Assembly (NCBI RefSeq): GCF_963921235.1 | Contig: NC_086107.1 | Location: 39,618,001-39,682,000 of the forward strand | Source: Mobula hypostoma | Taxonomy: Eukaryota | Length of the DNA stretch: 64,000 nt | Direction: 5' to 3' | In this document: piece after piece, positions 12,067 to 24,019 of the stretch | How the letters are laid out: each line of letters begins with the position of its first letter | Position numbering within the stretch: position 1 is the stretch's first letter | The notes under the pieces: model-generated | Told to the model about the DNA's origin: nothing | The model's database searches: none | Seen by the model: the letters and a program-made list of their open reading frames with translations, nothing else | Program-made: the position numbers and the translations under genes

Positions 12067-14772
12067 GGTTTTATTAATCTACTGGTTTATTTAACAGCAA
12101 CCGAGCAATGTTGATACAAAAGCCCGTCTGGAATTTATCTGCCATAGAAATGACTGCAGGTCAGAAATGTCCAACAAGCCCACGAGTCATATGGTTGACG
12201 GTAGTCCTCTTAGAATTAATAACATAGTGCAAAACTGGCATGTGCTTTCTGAAATCCAACTGGCTTTAGTCTCAAATGCTTTTCTGTTATCGTTTCACTG
12301 CTTTTGAAATACATTGTTATTTGTTAATCTAATTTATAACGCTTCAACTGGACTACCATTCCAGGATTATATTTGAAATTTGATTATCATGTTTATTGAA
12401 AATAATTGTCATCAATAAAGAAATCTTTATTTGCACTAGAACCTTGTTTAATACCTGGAAACCATCCGCGCGCGCCTATGTTGAATTACGCTAACTTCTA
12501 TGAAGTTTTGCATTTAAAATTACTCTTTAAAACTATTTTTGTCAAAAATATTTCCTTTAAGGATTGAGAAATTGTGCTAGAAGAGATTATTATCACCCGT
12601 TTATTCAAGACATCAGTAGGATTACCATTCATCTTAATCAATTGCTGCGATACAGGCCCGAGAGTCGTAATTAACTCTGGGAGTTTTGTGGCCGATTAAT
12701 ATCGACTATATGGTCCGACCTCTCACACTTTAGAAATAAAAACATGAATCATGGCGTGAATCGCAAACAAATGGTTCAAGGTGACTCGTACATTTATTTC
12801 GTATAATTGACAATTATTATGAAGAAAGTAACAACAGAATGCGGGGTTCATCCTGCCAATAACCCCTCTGATCTTCCTAAACAAGTAACAGTTGGACGAA
12901 CCGCAATATTCTATAAATTCTTTATTAAAATAATTGCTTTTGGAACAATTAACCAAAATAATTTAAGCATTGTGTTATATTTATAATGTTTGCCTCTGGC
13001 AAAGAAGGAACATTAGCTTCATATGATAAACGTCTCCCAATTCCTGAGGCAAAACTTCCTCTGCTTTATATAATTGCGAGGATGTTACTTGTTTTCCTAA
13101 CACCAGAAGGCCAAAAATATTTTAAAATATAGAGTCGCACGTTTGTTTAAAGAACAAATCGGTTTTCTGTTGTCGTAAATACCATTTTAATGGTTTCGAA
13201 CATTTGGAATACGATATACAATATCGTTTGAGTTGCGAACAGAGCGGTGTTCGATAATAAATATTTTGTCATAGAGTATTTTAATAAACTTATTTCAAAT
13301 ATAACATTGAAAGAACACAAGCCAAGTTGAAGGCATTGATGGTTAAATAACAGGCTGCCAACAATGGAAATGATTCTTGAATTAGTAATGAAGAAACTAA
13401 TTTGTTGATTTTAAAATCCATAAACGGCGATAAATAACGGAGGCAGAAATGAAAGTTTTGGAAAGTGTGCAGCACGTAACATCGTGGCAGGTTAGATGGT
13501 GACCCAAGCGCCTGATGTGGGATAGGACCCCGAGAGCATCTCGGAACCTGTTCGTGGAACGTGAGCGGGTTGCTTCATCTGCTTGATCTGAGTAAGCAAA
13601 GAATGAATAACTCCGGAGACATGCGAAGGACAAAATTCGTTTTTACAGCCAAGAGCTTGTTGGGCCACTGGTTATATTCATTTTGGGTTCGTCAGCCAAG
13701 AAAACACGGCCTCGACATTCTTTGGAAAAGTTATTAAGGTTCATAACAGGTTTTCTAGGATGGTGTCAGGGACCGAATGCATGAATAGCTTTATCACTGC
13801 ACACTATTTGAGAAGGGCTTTCCACTGGGGTTGAAAGAGAAAATTAAGTTTTACACTTATGAATAAAAAAGTGTTATATTTCTTTCTTGGAGAATGTTAC
13901 TGGGGATAGAAGCGGTCAAACATAATTCACAACAATGTTTAGAAGAGGGATATGGATAAATCTTCACTTGACGATACAAATTAATGGGGACACCGTGGAC
14001 AAAGTGCTGTAAAATTCCACTAATCTAATCTAATCTACTCTCAAACTGTTCCGGTGATTCTCAGCAGGACAGTCTGCAGAGGCGCAGTCACTAAATGAAG
14101 GATTCTTCGGTCATCGAAAGCCCTCTCCTTTTGGTTTATATTTTCTTTAACTTCGTCCGTACGGGTAATCACCGATTTAAAGTGAGTGTAGTGTCTGATG
14201 ACAAATTTAAACTGTTGAAGTCTATGGTCGGAGTATCTGCTTCATTTAGTTTGTTTTTTGGAACAGCGCGTGTAAAATGCATCGGATGGGGTTCGATCGA
14301 GAATTTAGAACCCACGCACTTCAACCTCGTTTGAGGACACATGGGAATTGGGCGCAAACCAAAACGCGCGTCGTGGTCTTTCCGAAGCTCTCATCGGCTG
14401 TAATCGCGGGTGTGACCCAAGAGTAATAAACTCTTCTCTCAGTTGTATATCCACTACATCTTGCTCTTCACAGGATCAGAGAATCAACCCGACAATACAT
14501 AATCCGCCGAAGTTAACTAAATAATGTCAGTAGAACAAATAAGCGCTAGAATCCCTTATAAGACTAGACTCCCATGTACCGAGGTCAGAGTCCGAAAGTT
14601 AGAAGCCCAGGCTTGGTTACACACTCTCAGTATCATTGAAAGGGCACGGTGAAGCAGCCGCGCTGGAATTGGACGGAGGCTGATGTCATATCTTCCAAGA
14701 TCTTCTTGGATTCGTTGCAGGAACGATTTTGACAGAAAGTTAAGAAGAAATATTTTTCGTAAAATACAGGGG

Positions 14773-16311
14773 ACATAACATAGAAACATAGAAAATAGGT
14801 GCAGGAGTAGGCCATTCGGCCCTTCGAGCCTGCACCGCCATTTATTATGATCATGGCTGATCATCCAACTCAGAACCCTGCACCAGCCTTCCCTCCATAC
14901 CCCCTGATCCCCGTAGCCACAAGGGCCATATCTAACTCCCTCTTAAATATAGCCAATGAACCGGCCTCAACTGTTTCCTGTGACAGAGAATTCCACAGAT
15001 TCACCACTCTCTGTGTGAAGAAGTTTTTCCTAATCTCAGTCCTAAAAGGCTTCCCCTTTATCCTCAAACTGTGACCCCTCGTTCTGGACTTCCCCAACAT
15101 CGGGAACAATCTTCCTGCATCTAGCCTGTCCAATCCCTTTAGGATTTATACGTTTCAATCAGATCCCCCCTCAATCTTCTAAATTCCAACGAGTACAAGC
15201 CTAGTTCATCCAATCTTTCTTCATATGAAAGTCCTGCCATCCCAGGAATCAATCTGGTGAACCTTCTTTGTACTCCCTCTATGGCAAGGATGTCTTTCCT
15301 CAGATTAGGGGACCAAAACTGCACACAATACTCCAGGTGTGGTCTCACCAAGGCCTTGTACAACTGCAGTAGTATCTCCCTGCTCCTGTACTCGAATCCT
15401 CTCGCTATAAATGCCAGCATACCATTCGCCTTTTTCACCGCCTGCTGTACCTGCATGCCCACTTTCAATGACTGGTGTATAATGACACCCAGGTCTCGTT
15501 GCACCTCCCCTTTTCCTAATCGGCCACCATTCAGATAATAATCTGTTTTCCTATTTTTGCCACCAAAGTGGATAACTTCACATTTATCCACATTAAATTG
15601 CATCTGCCATGAGTTTGCCCACTCACCCAACCTATCCAAGTCACCCTGCATCCTCTTAGCATCCTCCTCACTGCTAACACTGCCGCCCAGCTTCGTGTCA
15701 TCCGCAAACTTGGAGATGCTGCATTTAATTCCCTCATCCAAGTCATTAATATATATTGTAAACAACTGGGGTCCCAGCACTGAGCCTTGCGGTACCCCAC
15801 TAGTCACTGCCTGCCATTCTGAAAAGGTCCCGTTTATTCCCACTCTTTGCTTCCTGTCTGCCAACCAATTCTCTATCCACATCAATACCTTACCCCCAAT
15901 ACCTTGTGCTTTAAGTTTGCACACTAATCTCCTGTATGGGACCTTGTCAAAAGCCTTTTAAAAATCCAAATATACCACATCCACTGGTTCTCCCCTATCC
16001 ACTCTACTAGTTACATCCTCAAAAAATTCTATGAGATTCGTCAGACATGATTTTCCTTTCACAAATCCATGCTGACTTTGTCCGATGATTTCACCGCTTT
16101 CCAAATGTGCTGTTATCACATCTTTGATAACTGACTCCAGCAGTTTCCCACCACCGACGTTAGGCTAACCGGTCTATAATTCCCCGGTTTCTCTCTCCCT
16201 CCTTTTTTAAAAAGTGGGGTTACATTAGCCACCCTCCAATCCTCAGGAACTAGGCCAGAATCTAACGAGCTTTGAAAAATTATCACTAATGCATCCACTA
16301 TTTCTTGGGCT
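14773..16311 (-). mobile_element. Young 5'-truncated CR1-clade LINE
   Basis: ORF 15139..15924 has intact RT motifs 'GVPQGSVLGP…YINDL…FADDTK'; the C-terminus follows in 14870..15133 after a frameshift. 3' tail AACATAGA repeats at ~14775-14795. Confidence 0.95.
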
Positions 16312-17024
16312 AAAGAGTCAGCGGGTAAAGATTTGCGAGATGAAACCATTTATCAGCAGCTGTTGAACTGGATATAGAGATGAAACCATGGATTCTGCCT
16401 ATTTGTTTTTAAAATTTATTATCATTATGCAGGATTCTGCAATATAGTCAGATCAGTCATGATCTTATTGAATGGCGGGGCAGGCTCGGCAGGGCCAGAT
16501 GACCTACTCCTGCGCCTATTTCCTATATGAGATTGCCTGTTTATTCCTCTCCATAGATGCCGCCTGACCTGCAGAGTTCCTTCAGAATTCTGTGTGATGT
16601 TTGTATTGAATGTTTCCAGCATAGTTGGAGAATTATACTGTGTAGAACATTTGGCGCCACCCAGTGCCTATATTTATTACACAGAATTTTATTCAGATGT
16701 TAAGCCCCTGATCCTTCAATGCTCTTTTTTCCCATAGTTGACCAGAGGTTGTACTTGTTGCTTTGAAGGTGGTGGTGAAGTTCAGTGCTGATGTCTGCCT
16801 CTCCTGAGAGAGGAGCTCAAAATATAGGAAGTGAACTATACTTTCCAAAGTCTAGCTTTAATCTATATGATTGGAGGTCCATGTTGTAGACCTGGAAAAA
16901 GTTGGTAAAGGATCTTTATAATGCAGGTGTTGGGTGTGAGCCATGTTGTCTGGTAGTTCTCAGTGCAGTTTCTTGCAGGTTAACCTCTGAACATTAGGTA
17001 AACCAGAGCCCTCTGCAGACAGCA

Positions 17025-17635
17025 GAGGTCCTTCTGCAGTTGTACAGGGCCCAGGTGAGACCACACCTGGAGTATTATGTGCAGTTTTGGTCTCCAAATT
17101 TGAGGAAGGACATTCTTGCCATTGAGGGAGTGCAGCGTAGGTTCACGAGGTTAATTCCCGGGATGGCGGGACTGTCACATATTGAAAGATTAGAGTGACT
17201 GGGCTTGTATACACTGGAATTTACAAGGATGAGAGGGGATCCGATTGAAACATATAAGATTATTAAGGGATTGGACACGCTAGAGACAGGAAACATGTTC
17301 CCAGTGTTGGGGGAGTCCAGAACCAGAGGCCACAGTTTAAGAATAAGGGGCAGGCCATTTAGAACAGAGTTGAGGAAAAACTTTTTCACCCAGAGAGTTG
17401 TGGATCTGTGGAATGCTCTGCCTCAGAAGGCAGTGGAGGCCAATTCTCTGGATGCTTTCAAGAAAGAGTTAGATAGAGCTCTTAAAGATAGTGGAGTGAA
17501 GGGATATGGGGAGAAGGCAGGAACAGGATGAACAGATTGTGGATGATCAGCCATGATCACAGTGAATGGTGGTGCTGGCTCAAAGGGCCGAATGGCCTAC
17601 TCCTGCACCTATTGTCCATTGTCTATTGTCTACTG
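17025..17635 (+). mobile_element. CR1 LINE 3' fragment
   Basis: 'SRTRGHSLRIRGRPFRTELRKNFFTQRVV' ORF and a CTATTGTC-type tail at ~17607-17632. Confidence 0.92.
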
Positions 17636-18871
17636 ACTGAATTCAGACGGGCTTAGTTCCAGAGTGTAGATACTGTTGGCCAAACAATTTCCCATTAGTT
17701 TTGAAGCTTCACTCCACACCCAGGGTAACTTTGTTGGAGGAGAGTAGACTGTGATGAGAAAAGCTGGAGGGAGTATAGAAACAGTGATGCAGCCTCGTTT
17801 GACACTGGTCTTCACTGAAGTTAGCTCTGTTGTAGACCTATTGATACAATATGGAGATAATTTCTAAGAGAAGCCAACTTTGGGGAGGTCCCTGCAGGTC
17901 AATGGAGTCAAAGGTTTTAGTGAGGTCAAGAAGCCGTATGTATGCTGGAAGGTGCTGCCTTTGCAGTTGTCACGCAGTGAAGATCATGTCCATCATGGCT
18001 CCAGATGAACACAATCCAAACTGCAATCTAGGCCCTTAGAAACAAAATCGATTTACTTCCACTCTTGTTTTGTAGCTTCTTCCGTGACCAATGTGACCAT
18101 TATGGGAATGGCGCACCTATCCATAGGTGAGGCAGGGATCTTGGGTAGATATGCAGTTTAGGAAGTGGTGTACTCTCTCCCCACCCCCCACAATTTCCAC
18201 TGACCTTTCATTTCTTGCTGATCCATGGACAAGAGGTTTATGGTACCATTCAAATGCTTCTGCTCCACTTCCAGAGGACACGGACCAGGAATTTCATTAG
18301 TCAGTGGGGATGTTGCATCTTTGCCAAGGAGATTTTGAGTGCACCCTGTAAATCTTTTCTTCTGTCAATTGGCAATCTCTACTTGTGGCAGAGCTCAGAA
18401 AGGAGTACAACATCAGTTTCCAGAATCTGGTGCTGGGCATGGACTATCCGACACACATGGAATACTAAAAGGACTCAGCAGGCCAGGTCAGCATCTATGG
18501 AGAGGAATAATCAGTCAATACTTTGGACCCAGACCTAAGTTACAGGCAACATTGGGGGGTTGTCCCAATGGGGCCGGATCTTTACTTCTCCTTACAGAAC
18601 AGCTTTGTGGATTGGCCTTTGCTTTACCAGGCATTATAAACAACAGTAAAGAGCTACACACTAATGATCCCATTTACATCCTCATTCACAAATGAGCATC
18701 ATTCAGATTGGTGGCAAGCAGCAATGATGTAATGAAACAACAAAACAAATTGATGATGTTAGAGCAGTGGATGTGGTGTATATGGATTTTGGTATGACGT
18801 TCAATAAGGTTCCCTATGGTAGGCTCAACAGAAAGGCAGAAGACATGGATTCCAGGGAAAGCTGGCTGCAT

Positions 18872-19027
18872 GGATTCAAAATTGGTTTGCCCACAGACGG
18901 CAGAGGTTGGGGCTTAGAATTGGTTTGCCCATAGATAGCAAAAGGTGGAATTCAGAATTGGTTTTCCCATAGACGGCAGAGGGTGGGATTTAGAATTAGT
19001 TTGCCCATAGACAGTACAAGGGTGGGA
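18872..19027. repeat. Four tandem copies of a ~38-40-bp CR1 RT segment
   Basis: Units of the form (G/A)AATT(G/A)GTTT(G/T)CCCA(C/T)AGA…GGTGG repeated four times. Confidence 0.85.
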
Positions 19028-19242
19028 ATAGATGGAACATATTCTGCCTGGAGATCCATGCCTAGTGGTGTTCTGGTGCCCCTGCTCTTTGCTTTTTATA
19101 TATATATAAATTACTTAGATGAGGAAGTAGAAGAGTGGGTTAGTTTGCAGAGGACACGAAGGTTGGTGGTGTTATGGATAATGTAGGAGGGTGCTCTAGG
19201 TTAATTACATCGATAGGATGCAGAGCCGGGCTGAGGAGTGGC

Positions 19243-19270
19243 AGGGTTTAGGGTTAGGGCTTAAGGTTAG
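19243..19270 (+). repeat. Short interstitial telomere-like tract
   Basis: AGGG TTTAGGG TTAGGG C TTAAGG TTAG interrupting CR1 coding sequence. Confidence 0.55.
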
Positions 19271-19663
19271 AAGTGTGAAGTGATACACTTTAGAAGATTC
19301 AACTTGAAGACAGAATATTGTGTTAATGGTAAGATTCTTAACAGTGTGGGGGAAACAGAGGGACCTTGGAGTCCATGTCGATAGATCTCTCTAAGTTGCC
19401 ATGCATTGATAGGCTGGTTGAGAAGGTGTATCGCCTGTTTGCCTTCATTAGTCAGGGGACTGAGTTCAAGAGCCACGGGGTAATGCTGCAGCTCTATAAA
19501 ACTTGTTAGACCTTATTACAGGAAGGATTGGGTTAGACTACATGGTGCATTGTGTTCCACCTGGTTCCCTCATTATAGGAAGGATGTCGAAGTTTTAAAA
19601 AGGGTGCAGAGATGATTTTACCAGGATACTGTTTGGATTATACAGCATATCTTAAGGATAGAG

Positions 19664-19882
19664 TAGCCAGCTGGTGGCATAGTGGCATCAGCGCTGGACT
19701 TCGGAACGAAGGTTCACGAGTTCGAATCCAGCCGGCTCCCTTGCACACTGTCCATCTGTGCTGGGTTGAGCATCGAGCTAGCAACTCGGCCTCATAAAAA
19801 TAAGAAAGTCTACTAAAAAAACGCCGTCATGATGGCATCCCAATGACTCCATTCAGAGTTAAGGGCCGCCTTCTTCTTCTTT
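19664..19882 (+). mobile_element. tRNA-Arg(TCG)-derived SINE
   Basis: A-box TGGCATAGTGG (19675-19685), anticodon-arm remnant GACTTCGGA (19697-19705), B-box GTTCGAATCC (19720-19729), (TTC)n tail. Exact 12-bp TSD TTAAGGATAGAG (19652-19663, 19883-19894). Confidence 0.88.
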
Positions 19883-21049
19883 TTAAGGATAGAGACATTG
19901 ATCGTGAGACTAGCCAGAGGCTTTTTCCCAGGTCTGAAATGGTTAACATGAGGTGGGCATAGTTTTAAGTAGGTACAAGGGGGATGTCAGAGGTAAGTTT
20001 TTCACACAGAAGACTGGTGGGTGTGTGGAATGCTCTGCCAGTGATGGTGGTAGAGGCGGAAACAATAGGGTCTTTTAAGAGACTCTTTTATAGGTATATA
20101 GAGCTTGGAAAAATAGAGGTCTATTGAGTAGGGAAATTCTAGGCAGTTTCTAGAGTAGGTTAGAGGGTCGGCACAACATTGTGGACCGAAGGGCCTGTAA
20201 CGTGCTGTAGATTTCTATGTTCTATGTTCAAAGGTAGTTGATTTTTACAAGACGTACATGGAATGTACTGCCAGGGGTGGTGGTAGAGGCAGATAATAGA
20301 GACATTTAGGAGACGCTTAGATAGGTACATGGATTAATGAAAAACGGAGGGCTATGTGGGAGGCGAGATTTAGATTGATTTTGGATAGGTTAAAAGAGTC
20401 GGCACAACATCGTGGGTCGAAGGACCTGCACTGTGCTGTACTGCTCTATGTTCTTCTATGTCAGACTCAAGATGAATCGCAGGCGCAAGAGCTCAATCCA
20501 ATTTTCTGAAGGGCAAATCTTCCAGCGGAAAACTCTAGAAACGTGTGTGAAGCGGCGTTAACATGTGGCGTAGGTAGTTTAACCTGCCAAAAGGAGACGG
20601 TGGAAAGAAACACGGGGTAGCTCAAGCTTTACTCATAGGGGTCTACTTCTTTCTAATCTGTTTCCCAGAATACGTTCAGTCTGCGTTTACTGAAGCTTTC
20701 GTTGATACAGGTGACCTCTGATTATGGGAGTGGAAGCTTTGGTTATGGTGGTGGAGAATATTGGGCGAGGAATAACACGTTCACTCCTATCTTATAAAGG
20801 ATCCAACATTTCAGTCGAGTTTACATACATATACTTAAATGAATACTAAATCTTATTTCGTGCTAATTTCCGGCCAGCCTTTCAAAATGGTGTGACTGAC
20901 TTAGTTCAACTCTGGAGAAAGTACTGGTTCACTCTGGCGTTACCATAAGAAAGTCTAAACATAATGTCTTTTAAAACCACAACCCATGAAAAGATCAACA
21001 TAACGTACAGATAAATAACCATTCCCCTCACTTACTGCACAGATCTAGC

Positions 21050-21360
21050 GTTGCAGTGCACCAGTCGCGGAAGGCGGTTGGCATTAAGTGTCACACCGGT
21101 GTGGAATTTCTCCGGAACAACTCCCAGCGCGCTCCCGGCGAATGAAAGCGCCCTGCGTCGTAGCAACAGGGAGCAGGAACCTAGCAACACGGATTGCAAC
21201 ACAGTAACATCGTCTGGAACACAACAACTGGAGTTCACAGTACAGGCTGCCGCTCGAATAGGGTCTAAACGAAAAGCAAACGTGTAGGGCTGGATCGTCA
21301 CCACTACCAGGCTTTCGATGGCGTGCAGAGTGGAGACTGTTGTTTACGCGTAAAACATAC
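21050..21360 (+). promoter_or_regulatory. CpG-rich putative promoter of the C11orf16-like gene with RFX half-sites and a forkhead motif
   Basis: High CpG density; TAGCAAC at 21161-21167 and CCTAGCAAC at 21180-21188; TGTTTAC at 21341-21347. It lies 300-500 bp upstream of the first coding exon. Confidence 0.55.
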
Positions 21361-21659
21361 TAACAAATCAAAAGGGATTGCAAGATTATTCCACATTTCC
21401 AGTACGATTTGCAGCTTTAAAAAATTTTTACTAATTTGACTCTGGTAAATTTTTTTCTGAAAATTCCTGGTAGAGCTGTGTCGTGAGACTCCACTTAGTG
21501 AAATAGGAAATAATGTTTCATTGATATTCAAGGATCTCTGCGAAGTCTTTCAGACACGTTATTTGGTACTGTATTTAATGACTTTAAAACGATATTGCGC
21601 TGTTCATATTTGTTGTTTGTATTTGACCAAAGTTCTTTGTTTTATATGGAAGCGGCGCG

Positions 21660-21866
21660 ATGCCGTCAGTTTACCCCTTTGCAACACTCGACGGTTTTCC
21701 GACTTTGTTCGGACATGTTAGGGATACAAATATCATCTTCGTTGTTGACACATCGCAAAGCATGCAAGCCTACCTTAGTGCCACGAAGTTTCATCTGAAG
21801 GAAGCGCTTTTGGCTAAGGCCTACACACTCGCCAGTCGCTTTAACATTGTGGAATTTTCCAATAAG
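21660..21866 (+). CDS. C11orf16: C11orf16-like gene, coding exon 1 (VWA domain start)
   Basis: ATG at 21660; 'NIIFVVDTSQSM' is a VWA MIDAS DxSxS motif; 'RFNIVEFSNK'. Donor AAG|GTAGAG, phase 0. Confidence 0.85.
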
Positions 21867-22928
21867 GTAGAGTTTACATATCCTATAATTTATACATATT
21901 TTCAAAATGGAACGTTTCGCTGGTAAATAATTATGCATTGTATTCCTAGTTATATTTATTAATTGAAATTGTATTAATAGGTTTATATGTAGAATACTCA
22001 ATCTGTATGATTTGAGTTGACATTGCAATTGTGATACATTATTTCTGGTAAATTATCAGGATTATTGGATCTTGAATAATGATTGCTATTCTAATATCCA
22101 TTCCAATACATATTTATACTTACTTACAGGTATACTATCAGTGAAGCTAGAATATAAGAACAGGGAAGTTATGCTGAATATTTATAAGACACTGCTGTGG
22201 CCTCAATAGGAGTATTGTCTTCAATTCTGATTGCCACATTGCAGGAAGAATAGGTGGGAATTAGAGGTAGACCAGAGCAGGAAAAAAATATCAGAATGAT
22301 TTCTGGGATGAAGCAAGGATAGTGATACTGGCACTCTCTCTATGAAAGAAATATATATAGACTGACAAACACGAATGGCACAAGAAGACAAACTGTTCAA
22401 ATAAGATTAATACTGAGAACATGAGTTGTAAAGAGTTGAAAGGTTTTAGAATTAGTTCAGAGTAGATCTGAAGGAACCACACCTGAAGGAGCCTGATGAT
22501 CAAAGGGTAAGAACTATTCCTGAACATGGTGGTGTGGGACCTAAGGCTTCTGTACCCCCCCCCCGCTCCCGCTTGAACGTAGTAACGAGAAGCTGACGAG
22601 GGCCTGGACAGACAGCCCGGGAGACTGTTCCTCTCGGTGGAGGTCAGAAATACAAAACTAAGAGTGACGTGAGGAACATTATCCTTTAAACGCAGTGTGG
22701 TTGTAACCTGTAATACACTATCTGCAAGGTTGGTGGAGGCAGGTTGCATTGTGAGGAAGCGGGATAACTATATGTTGGAGGAAAGGCTAAAGGGAAAGAG
22801 CTTGGAGGTGGAATGAGAACATCCTTGGGTAGGAAGCTGGTGCATTCATGATGGGCTGAATGGCCTCCCTCTGTGTTGTAACTATTGTATGATTCTAAAG
22901 ATATCTAATGCTGTCTCCTTTCATGTAG

Positions 22929-23288
22929 GTATCCAAGTGGTGTGACCGTGTGGTAATATGTACTCCACAGACTGTTTCCAGTGCAATACAGTGGCTTCAG
23001 TTTCTCACCTGTGCATTGGGCAGGGATCTACTCAGTGCATTAACAGCTGCATTCAATGACCCATTATGCCAGGCTATCTACTTGGTGACAAATGGTCTAC
23101 CTGACAATGCCTTAAAGGATATTTTGCACGTGCTACCATTCATATCCCGCGGTCGGCCAATACACACTTTCTACTTGTCTGAGAAATGGCTAGACAGTGA
23201 AACTCGAGAGTTCCTGCAGGGAATCAGCAGTGTCACCCAGGGAAGTGCTCATCTCATTAGGCTCAGCCACTGTGGAACAATCAAACAG
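22929..23288 (+). CDS. C11orf16: C11orf16-like gene, exon 2 (rest of VWA domain)
   Basis: Acceptor TTTCATGTAG|, phase 0; 'VSKWCDRVVICTPQTVSSAIQWL…AIYLVTNGLPD…PIHTFY'. Donor CAG|GTAACC, phase 0. Confidence 0.88.
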
Positions 23289-24019
23289 GTAACCCATGGA
23301 AATTAAATAACTATGTAGAAAACATACCTGTCACACCGTTTTCAGATCAACTTACATGCATGAAATTTTAAATCCTTCAGGAATGTTTGCAAGTGTACAA
23401 AGTTCAGCTGTGACTAGCAAATCAGAGTTTGAATTACAGCAGTAGCATTAAATCTTAGAATAAATGTCTTTAAGAAAAATACAGAGCCTCAGCCTGTTTA
23501 TTAACTGAAATCTCAAGGAAAATAAATTATATGCTGTGAATTATAGCATATTGAAAACTATAATATAAAGCAGGCTGCTGAGTGTTTTCAAAACTTAATT
23601 GGAAATAATTGTGCAATAAAAATGTAATAATCATTTAAATTTCTCTGGTAAATAACGGCATGCTGACTTTTTTGAATGGTGCAGTGGAAAATTCTCAGTA
23701 TAATCCCTCCAAGGGTCGTACGATCTCCAACAGTCCAATACTTCAGGAGCTCTGCAAACTTCTAATTCCAATCTCTTGCACATGTTTCACCCCACCAGAA
23801 GTAACTCAGCATATTGCCTATTCCCTGGTATCTTGCTCACATTCACTGCTAAACCTACACAAAAGAAAGAAATTGAAGTAGCATTTGGCCGTTCAACCCC
23901 TGCCCCACTATTCAACAAGATCAAAACTAATCCTTAACTTCAACATAACTTTCCTGTCATAATCCCATATCTTTCATTCCACTAATAACCAATGACCTAT
24001 CAAACTAAACATTTCTTAG

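Larger units (their letters stand above)
18765..20460 (+). mobile_element. Decayed CR1 LINE fragments (two successive 3' ends)
   Basis: RT remnants (YINYLDEEVE); 3' UTR/tail motifs at ~20160-20228 and ~20395-20460. Confidence 0.8.

Noticed and set aside
12723-14864. Minus-strand short ORFs as exons of a hidden gene
   Set aside because: No consistent splice phases or recognisable protein motif.
18872-19027. CRISPR-like repeat array
   Set aside because: Head-to-tail degenerate duplication of CR1 sequence with no unique spacers, in a vertebrate context.
19664-19740. Possible tRNA gene (also 26404-26480)
   Set aside because: It has A/B boxes but continues into a SINE body with a tail and TSD.
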